Source: Octopus bimaculoides (lineage: Eukaryota). From it: DNA of 64,000 nt. Location: contig NC_068990.1 in assembly GCF_001194135.2 (NCBI RefSeq), positions 2,006,184 through 2,070,183 on the forward strand. Reading direction: 5' to 3'. A program made the translations under genes and the position numbers. Below, piece by piece: positions 24,459 through 38,554 of the stretch. The notes beneath the pieces are model-generated. The model was not told the DNA's origin. It did not search any database and was given only the letters and a program-made list of their open reading frames with translations. The stretch's first letter is position 1. Each line of letters starts with the position of its first letter.

Positions 24459-25824
24459 CATACATATATATACATACATACATACATACATATATATATA
24501 CGTACATACATGCATACTGATTGGAGTAATGATTGCAAAAACCTATCGTCTGTATTTGTGCGTGAGAATGTGTACGCGTGCGTAGGTGTGTTACTTACAT
24601 AGGTTTCAGCCATTACTGATCCAAGCCATGAATAACCTAATACCACCATTTGGAGTGGTCGTTTAAATTATCTTTTGAGATGTCATAGCCTGCTCGAGTT
24701 CTGAGTTGCTGTTTGTCGAAATCTATCCATATGTTCTTGACTAGAAAGAATTTGTCTAGATACTGTTTAAATCTAATGGAGTGACTTTCTTCAATTTCTG
24801 TGGGGGATAAATGATAAATACTATTGCATCATTTGAGATAAAACACAAACAAATTGTGCTGCATTGTTGTTATATGATGTGAGTTCGAATTTTGTAACAG
24901 GCGTATAGCATTGGGTGTGCCTGCTTATGGATGACTTGTAAAATTGATACCGGTATCGATTATATAACATCCAAGAAACTATTTTCCCCATCGTACAAAA
25001 TCGTACAAATGATGTTGTGTTCATGGCAGCATTACACAGAATATATTTTGAACTTTTTGAGGCGGTCCTGGTAATCATAGACTGTCATCGCATTTATTTT
25101 ATGTGATCAACGTATCAGGTGCTATAATTCACATAATGTTTTGCTTTGAATACGGAGAACACAGTTGGCAGTACAATTTAAATGACGTGTGTTGGAACTA
25201 TCTCCCATAGAATAGAAAGTGTCATTGAGGCAGTGCAGAAGCTGTGACAGGCAAGACCTATAGTAATACAGATCATTTCTCTCTAGGAAGGCAGTTATAT
25301 TTTTTTATCACACCAACTTCTAGTGTATTTAGATGATATGATAGGTTAGTGAGATCGGATAGTAATCACTGCCAGCCATTTATTTCAGTGTTTTAAAAAT
25401 TAGGATGACAGACAAGGATAGTCAGTGTTCAGGTATAAATCCTATGACCAACAGTTTCCTACATAGAATAACCAGAGTAGAAGCTAGATGATGTTTGCAC
25501 TCCTTCATGACACTAGTGAGGAAGATGACACGATCGACTACTAAAATACTTCACCTTTAAAAATTGTCACAATGTTGCCCATTGTGCCGAAAGTTATGTC
25601 AAGAGGATATACAGTGAATTTAATTCATTGATACTGCATAGTTCAGCTACATCAAGATCATTAAGCATAAACCAGTAGTGTGTCTATAATATATAATTAT
25701 GTATATGTATATAAGCACATTCAAACACACAAGTGCACATAAACAGGTATATAGCAATGTACATAATTTTTTTATAAAAGCACGCAGACGCATACATATG
25801 CATACATACAGGAACATACATAAA

Positions 25825-25890
<66 letters not shown>

Positions 25891-27898
25891 CCAGACAGAA
25901 AGGAATACATGTAAATAAGTAGTTATATACATATAGTTAGTAAGACTGATAAATAGACGCAAAGAATTTTACAGTGGACACTTTAGGACAGTAGAATCAT
26001 TAATGTTAGCTAGCTTTAGAACTTCAGATTTCTCATTGTCGCATTCTACTTAAAAATATTACAGGAAACTTAGTCAATTTGCCTGGAGACTTAGACATTT
26101 GATAATGACAGTAGCTTGTTAGTGTTGTTTGATGTTGCTGCCATCGATCTCCATTGAAACAGCCCAGCAAGTTCGCTGTGTTTGATTGTGACTTTTATTT
26201 TTATCAGCGATAATCCACCATGAAATTACTCGAGCTCACACACACACGCACTAACACACACACAAACACACACACACACACATACACACACACACACACA
26301 CATGCAAACCTACACATTCACANNNNNNNNNNCACACACACACACACACATGCAAACCTACACATTCACACAAGACAGGTTGTGTGTGAGATCTGTCGTG
26401 GTAACGAAAGAGATTGTACATCAAACTTTTTATATGGTTTAAACGAAAATTGTTACACCAAAGTTATTTGACATGCAGCACTACATCTAAAGAGAATAGG
26501 TACGTATATATATATNNNNNNNNNNNNNNNNNNNNNNNNNNNNNNNNNNNNNNNNNNNNNNNNNNNNNNNNNNNNNNNNNNNNNNNNNNNNNNNNNNNNN
26601 NNNNNNNNNNNNNNNNNNNNNNNNNNNNNNNNNNNNNNNNNNNNNNNNNNNNNNNNNNNNNNNNNNNNNNNNNNNNNNNNNNNNNNNNNNNNNNNNNNNN
26701 NNNNNNNNNNNNNNNNNNNNNNNNNNNNNNNNNNNNNNNNNNNNNNNNNNNNNNNNNNNNNNNNNNNNNNNNNNNNNNNNNNNNNNNNNNNNNNNNNNNN
26801 NNNNTATATATGTATATGTATATATACATATATGTATATATATACGTGTGTGTGTGTATACACATACACACGCACATAATTTGGAGAGCGACCCAACAAT
26901 GCTGATAATCTGAAGGCGTTATGTAAGGTGAAACAGGTTGGTGCAGTATAAAATCTCAAACAATCTCTTTAATAGCATTTTAGGTTAAATTAGCGAGTTG
27001 TGAGGAAGGGTTGTCGTGTTGCAGAAACATGGCGTTTCATCGGTCGGGTCGCTGCAGTTGGATTGCCCATTAGGTGAAGGTCACGGGCAACCCATCTGCT
27101 CGGCCAATTTCCCATTGGATTGGCGCTAATCCTCTAGAACAGTGGTTCTCAACAGGAGTCCATATAAGATTTTTTGGGTGAGAGGTAGGTCACAAAAGCA
27201 ATATAATAAATTTGGGGTCCATGGTAATATTTTAGAGGCCATGAAAAAGCTGTGGTCCAGACCGTTAAGTTGTTTGTGCAATAAATTCGTTATACATAAA
27301 ACATTTTTACAATATTTGTACAAGTCATAATAATGCTTAATTATAAAAACACAATAGGAATTTTTAAACCTCGAATGGCTTTGGGGTTCCACACAAGTAA
27401 AATAGGAATCAAAAGGGTCCCTATGTAGAAAATGGTTGAGAAACCCTGCACTAGAATGAGCTCTTTCAATTAATCCAGATTGAAGTTAACAGATGAACCG
27501 GAATGCGGAGAAAACTACTTCTGTGAACTTCTTTTATTAATAATGCTCTATCTGTATTCGATACAAATATCACGACCAGCTTTGGCAACTTTGGAACTTT
27601 GACTGAAAGCGAAGAGAAACAGGTGGCAAAATTGCTCATGCATTTACTTGTCATTCCGTAGTCATGTGTTTGAAGTTTTTTTCAAAACGATAAGCAAAAT
27701 TTATAGAGGAAGCACAAATCTACAGATAAAAAAATATCTGTGTTAATTTTCCGTGTCAGTTCAATTAAATTCAAATAATATTAGAAAGAAACGAGCTCAT
27801 TTATCCGAATTGTGTGTGTGTGTGTGTGTGTGTGCATTAGTATAATGCACTCGCACGTGAGAGAGAGAATGAGAGTAACATATGTACATACATACATT

Positions 27899-27973
<75 letters not shown>

Positions 27974-27989
27974 TTACAAATAGAAAGGA

Positions 27990-28340
27990 ACGCAGAAAAA
28001 GGGTGCCTCCTTGAAATATTCCTCTTCTAATGGGGATGTCTTTTGTTTTTAAAATTCTCTTTTTCGTTTGTAGCTGCAAAATGGTTTGTCGTTTACTCAT
28101 TGCAGTTTTTATGTATTTTTTCCATTATTGCAATTGTTACCTAACTCATAGCTAATATTTCTGGGATTCACGTGTATGGAATAATCGTTAAAAGCCTTCC
28201 AGTAGTCAATCCATACCATACTCAGATTCGTTTCCCTTCGGCAGTTTTCAGTTATGACTTTGTTGATAAATAACTTCTCTTTATAGCCATATGAGCCTGG
28301 GGCAGCATACTTTCTTTTCTTTTGGAAACAATTTGTTTTC
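27990..28340 (-). mobile_element. R4/Dong-like LINE reverse-transcriptase fragment
   Basis: Minus frames GSYGYKEKLFINKVI...LSMVWIDYWKAF (cf. AWIDYKKAFD) and IPIRRGIFQGGTL (cf. RRGIFQGDSLSP). Confidence 0.85.
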
Positions 28341-28352
28341 TTCCAGATATCA

Positions 28353-28531
28353 TAGGCGCAGGAGTGGCTGTGTGGTAAGAAGCTTGCTTTCTAACCACAT
28401 AGTTCTAGGTTCAGTCCCACAGCGTGCTTTGTGGCACCTTGGGCAAATGTCTTCTACCATAGCCTCAGGCCGATCAAAGCCTTGTGAATGGATTTGGTAG
28501 ACATAAACTGAAAGAAGCTCGNNNNNNNNNN

Positions 28532-28570
<39 letters not shown>

Positions 28571-28750
28571 GCGTGTGTGTGCGTGTCACCACCGATTGAC
28601 AATCTGTGTTGACGTGTTTACGTCACCGTAACTTTGCAGTTCGGCAAAGCGACTGATAGAAAAAAACTGGGGGTCGATTCGTTTGACTAAAATTCTTTAA
28701 GGTGGTGCCTTAGCATGGCCGCAGTCTAATGAACGAAACAAGTACAAAAG
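28353..28750 (+). mobile_element. tRNA-derived SINE, family B
   Basis: Head GGCGCAGGAGTGGCTGTGTGGTAAGAAGC...GGTTCAGTCCCAC, internal TA/GT microsatellite and 3' GCATGGCCGCAGTCTAATGA..GAAACAAGTA. Confidence 0.85.
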
Positions 28751-30479
28751 TAAAAGAATAAAAGTATATCTGCTTACTCCTGCAATATTATTTCAGTAAA
28801 GGCTTTGTAAGTTGCAGTGAGACATAGTTCTGTGGGTTTTTAGCTGATTTTGTTTTGCAATTTCTTTATTTTTCTGTGTAAGTTCATGTTATTGCAGTTA
28901 TAACCAAATATATTACAACTACGTCCATTTTGTCTCGTGTTTCAAGTTCCACATTATCGAATTCGTTCCTTTATTAAATCGAGAGTACGATGTACGCAGA
29001 TCCGGTTGCTATTTCTAGCAGGTCGTCGACTTCTTAGGTGGCTATATCCCTCTCCCGTTGTTGTAGTTGTTGATGCTGTTTAGACCCCCAGATCAGTTCT
29101 GGTGTTATGAATAACTAAGATTACCGAATGTGAACTTAATATTTTGAAGACGCCAAGGTGTGATTTCAGGAGCAGTTGGCTACTTATTATTGCACGTCGA
29201 ACAGCCAATTAGAAGCTCCTTCATAAACTTGTTAAGCCAGGTATCGATTCCTTGACAGCTTCGCTTTTAAAAACATCGCTATTGCTGCGGACGTAGTCGT
29301 TAATGGGATTTTCGTTATCGTAGTTGTTATCTTTTACTCGGTATTGTTATATTTATTGTTAAGTCCGAGCCCAGTTTAGGTTGCGCAAACCTATAATCAA
29401 AGGCTTTCCATCCGTGTCCATCACTTACTGTTCCCAGACCTACTGCAACTAGGCGTATCCAATTTGTCCTTTGCATTTTGGTAGTGTATGATATCAAACA
29501 GTACGAAAATATAAGCATGAAATATAACCGCTATTTCGATGTGACAGGTTAAGCTATCTTTGAGAGGCTTCGTCACAGAATGAATGCTGTTGTTAACATG
29601 GAAAATTAGTGTGAAACGGAGAGCTGGCATGATCGTTAGTACGCCGGGAAAAATGCTTAACGGCATTTCGACCGTCTTTAGATTTTGAGTTCAAATGCCA
29701 CTGAGGTCAATTTGGCCGTTCATCCTTTCGGTGTCTATAGATTACATACCAGTTGATCACTGGGGCCGATGTCACCGACGAGTCTCTTTAGCCCCAAATC
29801 GTTGGCTGTGTGAAGAGATTGAGTGGTTATATGGAATTGCACTGTCGGTTCATGGGTTTTAAGGTAAAGTACTTTTGGCTTTTATTTCATTATGCTTGTA
29901 ATGATACGATGAAACTTGAACAAATAGTTAAAAAGGTTACTTCTCAATTACAAGCTCCCGAATTCAATCCCTCCGCGTCGTCTCCTCCACAATTGTCTTT
30001 TACAATAGCCTTAACACAACTCAAGCTTTGTGACTTATATTTAGTAGACAACATCTACTCAGTAGCCCGTCAGGTGGTGCAAATGATCTAACGGGTAATT
30101 TAAAAATTCGGTCCTGTCACATACTGTGTTTGCTGAATTGTGTCAATACGTACCTGTGGAATACTTGGAATACTTTCTCACTAAGATACTAATTTAACGA
30201 AGGAATTAATTCAGTTGGTCAAATAACTAACTGAGATCATACAAGCCATAACTAAACAGCTGTCGAGAATTGGTACAAGCAGACGTAGAAATGCTACTTG
30301 GAAAAGGAAAAATAAACGTCCTACAATAGTAGAGAGAAAGACAGACAGACAACAAGAAACACAGAGAGAGAGAGAGAGAGAGGCAAACAAACAAGTAGTG
30401 CGTGAGAATGATATACGTAGATACATAGAGAGATAGAAAGAAAGAGCCAGAGAGAAAGAGAGAGAGGGAGACTGAGAGG

Positions 30480-30600
<121 letters not shown>

Positions 30601-30940
30601 CGAAGGACTGATTTACTACAGACCTACCGAGGTTGACGTGATTTATTAGCCACAAGTCAAATTTGGTAAAAAAACTCTATGAACAAAGATGTTCTAATGT
30701 GACCATCCTGTCTGATTTTGACATCAGGGACTGACTACATTGTCTATAAAATGATAGGTCAGTGGAATTGAGCCATATTTGGTTGCTGTTTCTAGTTTGT
30801 TGAGCATCCACGTCACTACTCGTCTCCCCCACTTCTCTCTTCTTGGTTTGCTCAGAAAATTGGAGTTAGGTCTGGCGGATCAAGATTAACCGTAGCCAGC
30901 TAACGAGGTGTCCTCTCGTGACTCATCTGGGGATAAACAA

Positions 30941-30976
<36 letters not shown>

Positions 30977-31615
30977 AAACGACCATAACACCACGAACAA
31001 TATAACATCAACACGGACAGCAGCAGCAACAACAACGAATTCTCTTATATCTGAAACTATAGAGAAGAGAATTGATTAAAGTCTTCTGTAGTAAGAGTTA
31101 CTTTGAAAAATTTAACAAATAAATAAATATATAAAAAGGAAAGACTGAAAGAAAAAAGAAGAAACAGAAATTATTTACAAATTATTGACGGTGATATTAA
31201 TTTTCATAAAACTGGATAACTTTGTAGACAGTTATTTGGAAATTTGAAATCCACTTTCATTGATAATCATGCCACGTAAATAACTAAATTGAATTCTTCT
31301 TCATAGAAAGACTACCTACTTGAGATTTTGTTTGATATTCCATCCAAAACAGTGTACCGTTCTTATAATACAACTTTTCTGTTTACATATTCAAATTTCT
31401 ATTTGTTTCGTTTCTTTTTTTTTAATTTTATTTATTCTCATTCTTGAATCAAGCTATCTATTCAGTCGAAATTGTTATTCTGTGTATTTCCCTCCCCCCC
31501 CCAACACTTCCTCATGCCTCTCCACTTCCTTCCAATTTTTATATATCATTGTATTAAACGTAGCATTCGCCTTATTGTATTTCTGTCTGTGAGTTTAAAA
31601 GAGCTACGACTCTAT

Positions 31616-31811
31616 TGTTTCTATGCACACTCCCCACTGTGCTGCTATCTTTCACTATTATGTTACTCTCTTAACTCCAGTCATCAAATTATCATATTTT
31701 AAACTGTAAAACCGATATCCGTCATATAGAATTCATTTTGTAGTAGTAGTTTTCTTATTCTGTAATAATTTCCATTTTATTCATCATTAGTACAGATTTT
31801 TGAAAGCATTG
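31616..31811 (+). repeat. Copy 1 of a 196-bp local direct duplication
   Basis: Matches 32454-32649 with 5 mismatches by eye. Confidence 0.92.
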
Positions 31812-32453
31812 AATCTACAAATACATCTATGAAAAGAAGAAAAGAAATGGTCGGCCCAGACAATTCTAATATTTATATGTCTCTCTTTCGAATTTATTGC
31901 TTTTTTTTATATCTTCATCAGTAGTTTGGTATAGTATTTCTTTTATTGCAAAGAAGTTTTAAAGTTTCACCACTTTTGTTTGGTTAGTTATCATATAGCG
32001 CAATTAAGTTAGACACTGTCGGAGCAATATCACAATTTGACAGGGCGCAGCCATTTCATCATCATCGCATCGCCCAAACTTATCGATTTATAGACTTCAG
32101 ATTGGGAGAAACAATCGATGTTTTAAACATGTTCTCGTAATGCTGAGTACAGATTTTAGATTGTGCTATATTTCGGTGAATGTCTTTTCTTTTTAAAAAC
32201 TATTTTAGATCACGAATGATACGGAATATAGTGGTTTCTAAAATGCTCATTTCTAGTTCATTGTATTTCTGACGAGAGAGCAACACAGCATTGCTAACAA
32301 TGTTTCGTTGTTCTCCTGGAACAGATATCATTTTTCAGTCTAGCCTCCATCCAAATATAGTATAAACTAGGACTAGATTTATGTGGTGAATTAACCCAGT
32401 CGTTAGCGTGTTGGTTTTGAATAAATGCTGCCTCAGAGTACTTGTTCCATTTC

Positions 32454-32649
32454 TGTTTCTATGCTCACTCCCCACTGTGCTGCTATCTTCCACTATTATG
32501 TTGCTCTCTCAACTCCAGTCATCAAATTATCATATTTTAAACTGTAAAACCGATATCCGTCATATAGAATTCATTTTGTAGTAGTAGTTTTCTTATTCTG
32601 TAATAATTTCCATTTTATTCATCATTAGTGCAGATTTTTGAAAGCATTG
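32454..32649 (+). repeat. Copy 2 of the 196-bp local direct duplication
   Basis: Matches 31616-31811. Confidence 0.92.
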
Positions 32650-35487
32650 TGGCCTGTGTTCAAATCTAGTTCACTGTGGCCTGAGTTCAAATCTAGCCGA
32701 AATTATCTTGGACTCTCATCCTTTCAGGGATCAGCAAAATAAGATATCGGTGTAAAGTGGTTAACTGGCGGAATTCTTAGATCGTTGGATGGAATGCCTT
32801 ACGATAGCTGTCCTGGATCTGTGCAATCGAATTTCAAATCCCATTCCGTCTCCGAAAATCAGTGACACGTGTTAGAGTTTGCGACAGACAGAAAGTATCA
32901 GCTATTTGTAAAAAAAATAAAAGAAAAAAGTGATCACGTGTCCCACCAATTTTTTAAAGAATTCCTCTTGACACATGGTTATAAAGATTCCCTACCCGCT
33001 ACTTCTGCTCGTGATCAGAGATGCACATATCGTCACCCACTAAGGGACATACTCAACTGGTTAAGGTAAAGCAACTGACAAGTAAATCTGTGGTATTGAT
33101 GAACAAAATACCTTTTTTTTTTTTCCAAAGGTGAATTATTCAGACCCCACCAAATTCCTCTCAATACATGGCCATGATGATCCCCTACTACTTCTCCTTA
33201 TGATCAGAGATGTACATATCGCCAGCCACTAAGGGAAATGCCCAACTGCTTGAGGTTAGACACCCGACGAGCAAATCTGTGGTATTGAGCAGAATATTTG
33301 CTGTAGCCTATCTTTTACCCCATAACAAACATGGTCGTGATAACACTTATAATCTGTTAAGATCAGAGGCCATGAATGCTACTACCTGGTACTGCATCAT
33401 CATCATCATCATCATCGTCGTCGTCGTCGTCATAATCATCATCATTGCCTTCATCATAATGAAAATGCTTTGCAGCATTTCGTCAGTTTTTACGTTCTGA
33501 ATTCAATGCCGTTGTGGTCGAGTTTGCCTTTCATCCTTTCGATGTCGATGAAATAAATACCATTTGAATATAGGAGTCGATGAAATGAATAACATCTAAT
33601 CATTGGTGTTGATGTAATCGACTAACCCTCTGCCGCCCAAAATTCCAGGCCTTGTACCTGTAGTGGAAAGGATTGTTAGATTTGAAAGATTATGTGTCTT
33701 ACAGAAGGAGAACAAATTCTCAACTAATAAAGATTAATTGACATTGGTAAGATGAAGAGTGAAATCATTACTGGAATGAATGAAATTCAGGAAGAAAATT
33801 GAGCTAAGCAAATAACCCTCCGAATTTAGTGTAACTCATCCTTCAACGGAACCGATGAGTAACGCAGGGTCGGCTGAGAAATGGCTTACAGCCACTGCAA
33901 AACACTCGCATAACCACTGCATCCTTAATATAAAAGCAGGAGATAATAAAGGTGGTTCTGTGTGCTGGTTCGACCTGTTACAAACAATTTTCATATTCTA
34001 CCATCTTGGGGAAGAAAAAATAATAACATCAATTAATATAGCTTTCGAAACATTTTTCCTGATAATAAATATATGACGACTACCCTAGGAACGTCTTTGA
34101 TCATAGTTTCTTTTTTCTTTTCTGGTGAAGGCACAGGACTAATGATATCGACCCAAGTACTTGATTGGTACCTAATTTATCGACTGGTACCTAATTTATC
34201 GACTTCGCTGAGAATAGAACTCTGAACATATATGGACGTAGCTAAGTACGACCAGACTTCTGCCTGACACTAACACTTCTGCCAATTCCCTGTCCACATA
34301 ATATCACAAATGATCGCAAAATATTGCCAATCGTAAAACCTTTCAAAGAGACCAATCAATGTAACTGCTAATACGATGGCTAATAATACGCAGTGTTAAA
34401 ATATATATATTTTACTATGGCTTGTAGTTGGGAACCAATAAAGCTAGTGTGAATACCATTAATTTGCCTCCCGAATAACACCCATATTACTAGGTAAAGC
34501 AATAATAAGAGTAAGCACAAATAAAAAAAAAATAAATAAATCACCCACTGTAGTAAGGCTGCAATTAACGTTCTGAAAGTTAAGATCGTGGCCAATCACA
34601 GAACATAAATGTCGAGTTTATTCCCCACAACATTATGCATGGTCATGTATCTGTACAATTACACATATCATCACGTACACACACACGCATGCAAACATAC
34701 ACACACGCACAGATATATATATATATATATAGATACACACACACGCACATATGTGTGTTTATTTCTGTGTCTTTGTGTATGTGTGCGTGCTTGTGTGTCT
34801 GTGTGTGTACACGCTTGTACAAACACACAAATGCGCATAAATACACATACATAAACATTCTCGCACAACACAAAGACACACACACACACACACACATACA
34901 TACATACATACATACATACATNNNNNNNNNNTATATATATATATTTGTTTATAGTCTCAGCTTAGAGCTGCGGCCATGCTGATGTACCTCCGTATATAAA
35001 CTACATTCATACTGATGCGTATGCGCTTCTTACATATACACAACTAACTCACCTTCCTTTCTTCCACCACAACAACCTCCATACTATCTACTTATCTACA
35101 AACTTTCAATACACTCATATTAACATTTAGGAAAAAAACGTGTTTAACTGCAGATTAAAGATACCCTTACTAAACAGCAAGAAAGGTTCGAATAAAAATG
35201 GGACGATGAAAAAGAAAGAAAGAAAGACGGAAGAGACAGTGAGAGCTGACAGTATAAACAAAGGAATCAGAACAACAGCCGTATTAAATGTGCAGAAATG
35301 TGGAGACAAGTATCTGCATTACATACAATTTCATTTCATTTCTTTTTACTTAAATATATTTATTTAAACATTCGCTGCAGACAAAAGTAGTGGAAGTGAT
35401 TCATAAAATGTCTGTTGTTGTGTGTTTTCCATTAACCACTTGCGGAAGATTCACAGACGGAATAATTTGAAAGACGCGTTCAACGAT

Positions 35488-35543
<56 letters not shown>

Positions 35544-36374
35544 TTATATATTTATACATACGTACACACACACACACATACACACACACATATATATATA
35601 TGTATACACACATATATATATACATATTTATGAACATGCAGTCAAATGTATAAATATATTACTGATCTATGATTTAGACTGTGCTCCTTTTTCGGAATAT
35701 ATAATACACTGACGATATATATATATATATATATATATAATATTTATATAAACTCACACGCACGCACNNNNNNNNNNTATATATATATAATATTTATATA
35801 AACTCACACGCACGCACACACACACATACAAAGTATTTACGTGTCTCGTGTGATTTAGATCCGATTCTCATCTGACAGTCTGATCTCAACGGAGACGAAC
35901 GAATAAAAGAATGATGCAATTGTACAGAATAAAGGATCTAAAAGAAATGTGTGTGTGTGTGTGTGTGTGTGTGTTCCAGAAGAGAGCTACGGAACAAAGC
36001 ACACTAAATATGTAAGGAATCAATAGTGACGTAAATAACTGACTAGGCTCTGTTTACGAAGTATCCGATTTTGTACTACGTGAATTTTTTTTTGTTTCGT
36101 TCGTTATACGTCCATTTATCAATGCCATCATGGACTTAACAAATATGTTATTGCGGCATTGTTTCACAGCGGGATGGGTTTTCCCCACGCTAATCGTTAT
36201 CTTTTACCTGGTAAAGGATCTCTCCTTTCACAAGTTTCGAGGGTGCGAGACGAGCGAATGATCTAGTGGCAGGAGAAATGTTAACAAAACACTGCGTGGA
36301 GGTTGTGATTTCTGAATAAACACGACATAGATGGAAACAGAGACACAGGCACACACACGTGCACGTACAAAAGC

Positions 36375-36422
<48 letters not shown>

Positions 36423-36997
36423 AGACACGCACACACAAGGTGATGCATGTATGTATGTATGTATGTATGACATGTTTGTTCAGGTCTCACTCTTCGTTCT
36501 TTCGTTCCCCCTCTCTCACATGTCATTGCCTTCTCTTCATGCTCACTTTCCCTCGTCTTTTCACTTCATTGTCTCCCTGTTATTTTCTCTCTTCCCTCCT
36601 TATTTCTTCTGTTCCTCTGCCTCTACCTCTCTCTCTCTCTCTCTTCTCTCCCCAGGTGACCGGTGTTAGGCCAAGCCTGACCTTTCTCTCTTGGTTTGGC
36701 CGCTGTTTGTGCAACATCTATATTCTTCCCTGTGCCTGTGAAACATTGTATCCCTGCCGTAAGGCCCTACTTCCACACACGCCAGCTTAATCTAATTCGT
36801 CCTTAACCGAAAGACGCCTGTTGTTTTGTCCTGTTATTTGTATTTGTGTAACCTTCTCGGTTTTTTTCCGTCCTTGTTTACTTTGTATCGTCTATCTGGA
36901 TGTTTTGTTGTCCCTTTCTTGTATTCTTGTAGCACCCAACTGCCTGGATATTTTGCGTTCTTGTCCCGTTTTGTATATCTATATCTATATATATATA

Positions 36998-37036
<39 letters not shown>

Positions 37037-37719
37037 CCTGATAGCCCGAAAATTATCTATCTATCTACCCGTACCTGCGTGCGCACGTACACACATATAC
37101 ATACACCCCCCACACACACTGTCTCACATACACATGTATATATAATTGGCCAATATCGTTTTAGTCAAGTGAAAAGTAATAGAATTGCCCATTTACAAAA
37201 ATTTTTCATGTTAGATATTGAGAGGCAAATCAAACTATCATCGGGGATAGCTGAAACGACCCGTTATTTGTTACTAGAAGTCTGAAAGCATAAATGCCGA
37301 TGTATGTGTCTCAGTGATGCTGCAAGAAAGCACACGAATCGAAATCAAATAGAAAAAAGAATAGGTAAACTTATTTCGCTTATCAGAACTCTACTCCTTA
37401 GATTAGTCCCTTTTAGCCAGTGAGTAGCCATGACAAAGGGTTCACTCCCATTTATAGGATATTTTTTTAGAGAGGAGATGGGATAAGGGCTGAATGAGAT
37501 TGTGACGCAAAGACATGTTGAGCAGCGGAAATACTGACGGTGTTGGGGAGGGTAACAATTCTTAAATCTGTGTGTGAACTTGTACATTAATCTATGTTGA
37601 TAGGTCTGTACACATAAAAGCTGAAGGTTGCGAAAACATTAACTCTGGGAGAGAAAAATAGTGAGAGTGGAAGCTATGACTATAATATTCATATTCATGG
37701 TTCAGCTGGTCAGGTAGCT

Positions 37720-38505
37720 AAAACATACCTGGGGTAAAATAAACCTCACTTTCAAGGTTCAGGTATACTTCTGGATGGAGCATGTTATTCAGTTGGATTC
37801 TTTTCTCTGTGAAGCATTCTATAACTCTTACTTTTGCTAAGTCAAGGTCTGAAATTTTCCAGTATCCTACAGGTGATGTTGTAATGTGCAATATTCTCTT
37901 TCAATATCGATATATGTCTCGCAAAAGTTGTGACATTACGGCTCTCCTGCATATATTAACCGTGGATTTGGGGTTGATGAACCTGGACATAAAGAAGCTT
38001 CCGTCGCACTCAGGTATTCCCATACACATCTTCTTCGACACAATCTCCGCCTCATGCACGAAGGGACCCGTATTGCCTCAACCGTTTAAGGGACATGTGC
38101 TGTTACTTCTGCACGAGGAGTCTACTTATTTGCTATATGTGAATTTAATATTTTCTTTATACCTGGTGCACAGCTGAAAGAAATCCTTAAAATATGGCTA
38201 TTAAGTATGCCTATTCTATACCTATGTTTTTGAGGAAAATGACATTTTATAAACATAAGGGAGAGCCCATCTACACAATTTGTAGTATTAATGGAAAGCG
38301 GAATTGTGAATCATATGAACAAATGGGAGTACTTCATTTTTGAGAGGTTAGAGCCAGGGCCTCACTATTGTGTGGGATGCGGCGTGGAAGACCCCTTAAT
38401 TGAAGATGACTTGGACATTCTTCTACTAACATTCTTTACCAAACTAGGTTTTTGAAAACTATGGTTAGATGGTAGAAAGGATGCCGATATGTTAGCATCT
38501 AATTC
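37720..38505 (-). mobile_element. Penelope-like element 3' ORF region (RT thumb/linker plus GIY-YIG endonuclease), decayed
   Basis: Minus frame PSNHSFQKPSLVKNVSRRMSKSSS, FIKCHFPQKHRY...ISFSCAPGIKKILNSH, CRSNSTCPLNG*..., EKRIQL..LHPEVYLNLESE follows the PLE consensus SNHPP..KRLS / KHFP..H / SYSC.PN / CPL.G.C / EK..I..LN.RSE. Confidence 0.85.
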
Positions 38506-38521
38506 GGTTTCCTGACACGTG

Positions 38522-38554
<33 letters not shown>

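Noticed and set aside
24896-25072. AYSIGCACLWMTCKID (cyclin-box-like) and an overlapping RLYNIQETIFPIVQ frame
   Set aside because: The two plausible segments are in different frames, no single splice-consistent exon exists, and the match is short.
26280-26370. Identical sequence on both sides of a short N-gap (also 35715-35820)
   Set aside because: Typical unmerged contig-overlap artefact, not a biological duplication.
28898-28991. Frame YNYVHFVSCFKFHIIEFVPLLNREYD, whose YVHF-to-end length equals the expected exon preceding IYELYNGG
   Set aside because: Similarity is limited to YVHF.S. The conserved H.F.P..IG..P is absent and I chose the donor post hoc.
31616-32649. Reading the 196-bp direct repeats as LTRs of a small element
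   Set aside because: Identity extends past the CA, and there is no PBS, PPT or TSD.
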